A DNA stretch of 64,000 bases, from NCBI GenBank assembly GCA_977020255.1, contig CDROCS010002814.1:1-64000 (forward strand), written 5' to 3'. The stretch's first letter is position 1; each line of letters begins with the position of its first letter. The notes under the pieces were generated by a model. It had not been told where the DNA came from. It saw only the letters and a list, made by a program, of their open reading frames with translations, and did not search any database. The stretch comes from Obrimoposthia wandeli. Its lineage: Eukaryota. This document shows positions 61,427-64,000 of this stretch, one piece after another. Made by a program: the position numbers and the translations under genes.

Positions 61427-64000
61427 ATGAGTGAATCAACTCAAAGTAATCAAGCTAGTAGTGCAGAATTAGAGGAGCTAGTTGCCTCATCCGACACGGG
61501 CGGTCGTAACCCAACCGGCGCGGTAGGTAAATTACTAGCAGGTGTAGCACTGACTTGGGCTTTGTTCCAAATCTGGATTGCATCACCACTACCTTACATC
61601 ATAGGGGTAGGGGTGTTTAATGACACCGAATCTCGATCCATCCATTTAGCTTTTGCTATCTTTTTAGCGTTTACCGCGTTTCCGGCGGGCAAAAAATCTC
61701 CACGACATTATGTACCTGCCACTGATTGGCTTTTAGCGATTGTAGCTTCGGCTTCGGCTTCCTATCTGTTTATTTTTTATGAATCACTATCAAACAGACC
61801 GGGTAATCCAAACTCGTTTGACATTGCAGTTGCGTGTATTGGTATGGTGCTATTACTGCTTGCAACCGTGCGCTCACTAGGCCCGCCTTTAGCGATAGTC
61901 GCTTTGGTGTTTTTGCTTTACTGCTTTGGCGGTCAAAGTATGCCGGGTATTTTAGCTTGGAAAGGCGCTACTTTTGGTGCAGTGGCTGATAACCAATGGA
62001 TATCAACAGACGGTGTATTTGGTGTGCCTTTAGGTGTATCAACTAAGTTTGTGTTCTTGTTCGTATTGTTTGGTGCATTGCTAGATAAAGCAGGTGCGGG
62101 TAACTATTTTATCAAAATTGCCTTTGCAAGTTTAGGCCATTTACGCGGTGGTCCTGCAAAAGCTGCGGTGGTTGCATCAGCAATGACGGGGCTGATTTCA
62201 GGATCTTCTATTGCGAACGTAGTAACCACCGGTACCTTTACGATTCCGATGATGAAGCGGGTGGGCTTTTCTGCTGAAAAGGCAGGTGCGGTTGAGGTTG
62301 CATCTTCTGTAAACGGGCAAATCATGCCACCAGTAATGGGTGCGGCGGCTTTCTTAATGGCAACCTCTTTGGATATGGCATATTTTGATGTCGTAACCCA
62401 TGCCTTTTTACCCGCATTAATTTCGTATATTGCATTGGTGTATATCGTACATCTAGAGGCGATGAAAGCGAATCTTAAAGGGTTACCACGTCGTAGCGAG
62501 CCAAGCCCTTTTTTAGTCTTCATTTTTAAGTTTTTATTGGGCTTTGCTTCAATATCGGCGGTGGGCTTTGCGGTCTATTTTGGCTTAGGTTGGTTGAAAC
62601 CTATAGCAGGTGATTCATCAAGCTGGATTGTTGCATTATTGCTAGGCGGCATTTACGTTTACTTAGCGAAAAGCTGCTCGCAATATCCTGATTTAGAAAT
62701 TGATGATCCCAACGCACCGATTGTAGAATTGCCTGAATTAGGCCCTACCATCAAATCTGGTTTTCACTACATATTACCGGTTGTAGTGCTCGTTTGGTGC
62801 TTGATGGTTGAGCGTTTAAGCCCAGCTTTATCAGCATTTTGGGCAACCGCGTTGATGATCTTCATTTTGTTAACACAGCGTCCTCTGTTTGCTTTTTTTA
62901 GAAATAGAAATGATATAAAGGAAAAATTACAGCAAGGGTTTCAGGAGCTAATTGATGGGTTGATCGCCGGTGCTCGCAATATGATTGGTATTGGTATTGC
63001 AACCGCTGCAGCTGGCGTTATCGTTGGCGCCGTATCGCTCACCGGCGTTGGTTTGGTATTAGCAGAGCTTGTCGAAATTATGTCGATGGGTAATGTGATG
63101 CTGATGCTGCTATTAACAGCAGTACTGAGTTTGATACTCGGTATGGGATTACCCACCACCGCAAACTACATTGTTGTGTCCTCATTATTGGCGCCCGTTA
63201 TCGTACAACTAGGCCAACAAAATGGCTTAATAGTGCCTTTAATTGCGGTTCACCTATTTGTGTTTTACTTCGGCATTATGGCAGATGTGACACCTCCGGT
63301 AGGGCTTGCCTCTTTTGCGGCAGCAGCGGTCTCAGGGGGTGATCCGATTAAAACCGGCTTTGTCGCATTCTTCTATAGCTTGCGAACCGCCGCGCTGCCT
63401 TTCCTGTTCATTTTTAACACGGATCTATTACTGATCGATGTGACGTGGCTGGAAGGTATATTTGTCTTTATCGTGGCAACAGTGGCTATTTTAGTGTTTG
63501 CAGCTTCAACACAAGGGTTCTTCTTTGCCAAGAATCGCTGGTATGAATCTGTGTTACTACTCTTGATTGCCTTTACCTTGTTTAGGCCTGGCTATTGGAT
63601 GGATATGGTCTCTCCACGTTATGACGTAGTTGACCCTATTCACCTAGAAGAAACGCTTAAAAGCACACCAGTAGGTCAAGACATGCGCTTTACCGTGTTA
63701 GGTGAAGATGATGCAGGTGGTGAGCGTGAATTCGTCATTATATTGCCAATTGGTGAAGGTGCAACGGCCGCTGAAAAGCTAGAGAGCTCAGGTTTGTTCA
63801 TTATTAAAGATGATGAAGGTAAGTATGTTGTAGATGATGTTGGCTATGAAAGTGTTGCACAATCAGCAGGCCTTGATTTTGATCAGCAAATCTTAAAAGC
63901 TTGGGTGCCGATTGATCATTTGCCGAAACACTTGATGTATATTCCTGCATTATTAGTGTTAGGGCTCATCGTTGTTATTCAACGCAGAAGATACAAGAAT
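61427..64000 (+). CDS. TRAP transporter fused 4TM/12TM permease (TAXI-associated), running off the right edge of the window
   Basis: Not in the ORF track because no stop lies inside the window. ATG at 61427 after TGAGGA; reads MSESTQ..., GGPAKAAV, GSSIANV, GQIMPPVMGAAAF, GMGLPTTANY and DVTPPVG, and is still in frame at 64000 (QRRRYKN). Confidence 0.93.
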   Translation, partial: MSESTQSNQASSAELEELVASSDTGGRNPTGAVGKLLAGVALTWALFQIWIASPLPYIIGVGVFNDTESRSIHLAFAIFLAFTAFPAGKKSPRHYVPATDWLLAIVASASASYLFIFYESLSNRPGNPNSFDIAVACIGMVLLLLATVRSLGPPLAIVALVFLLYCFGGQSMPGILAWKGATFGAVADNQWISTDGVFGVPLGVSTKFVFLFVLFGALLDKAGAGNYFIKIAFASLGHLRGGPAKAAVVASAMTGLISGSSIANVVTTGTFTIPMMKRVGFSAEKAGAVEVASSVNGQIMPPVMGAAAFLMATSLDMAYFDVVTHAFLPALISYIALVYIVHLEAMKANLKGLPRRSEPSPFLVFIFKFLLGFASISAVGFAVYFGLGWLKPIAGDSSSWIVALLLGGIYVYLAKSCSQYPDLEIDDPNAPIVELPELGPTIKSGFHYILPVVVLVWCLMVERLSPALSAFWATALMIFILLTQRPLFAFFRNRNDIKEKLQQGFQELIDGLIAGARNMIGIGIATAAAGVIVGAVSLTGVGLVLAELVEIMSMGNVMLMLLLTAVLSLILGMGLPTTANYIVVSSLLAPVIVQLGQQNGLIVPLIAVHLFVFYFGIMADVTPPVGLASFAAAAVSGGDPIKTGFVAFFYSLRTAALPFLFIFNTDLLLIDVTWLEGIFVFIVATVAILVFAASTQGFFFAKNRWYESVLLLLIAFTLFRPGYWMDMVSPRYDVVDPIHLEETLKSTPVGQDMRFTVLGEDDAGGEREFVIILPIGEGATAAEKLESSGLFIIKDDEGKYVVDDVGYESVAQSAGLDFDQQILKAWVPIDHLPKHLMYIPALLVLGLIVVIQRRRYKN

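Noticed and set aside
1977-63159. Short ORFs antisense to or nested in long genes (e.g. 1977-2270, 3583-3786, 15217-15585, 29260-29811, 36898-37500, 39952-40260, 54621-54923, 62104-62523)
   Set aside because: Shadow ORFs fully overlapping well-supported genes, with no independent motifs.

Overview
AT-rich chromosomal window from a probably marine gammaproteobacterium (inferred from Ni-SOD, TAXI-TRAP transporters, aapJ and the purM-purN-DUF3108 order). Bases 1-9,000 are decayed accessory DNA: a lambda gpC-like S49 protease fragment, a frameshifted pentapeptide-repeat gene, and tRNA-Val(GAC). The tRNA is followed by a ~5.4 kb island (dead tyrosine integrase, intact 988-aa HD-GYP sensor phosphodiesterase, closed by a degenerate copy of the tRNA 3' half). 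A globin-coupled diguanylate cyclase and an IS3 scar come next. Bases 9.4-16.1 kb hold a compact cluster I know no function for: 'thermostable hemolysin' acyltransferase-like protein, AMP ligase, heme-oxygenase-like diiron enzyme, SDR, secreted TPR protein and a QseBC-like two-component system, with a PmrA/QseB-type box at its promoter. The rest is mostly transport, signalling and housekeeping: creA, DUF2145/XRE, aapJ, two MCPs, rof, gabDT, dgkA, rlmG, a TetR-MMPL-LolA-like-outer membrane protein operon, GGDEF-EAL, sodN/sodX, purMN, dsbB, two MATEs, TAXI-TRAP. Non-coding highlights: a complete-looking Ile-codon attenuator in front of a P-loop kinase, four copies of a ~154-bp MITE-like element, and a 194-bp highly structured insert with short terminal inverted repeats. 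All family assignments come from motif recognition by eye; no database searches were run.
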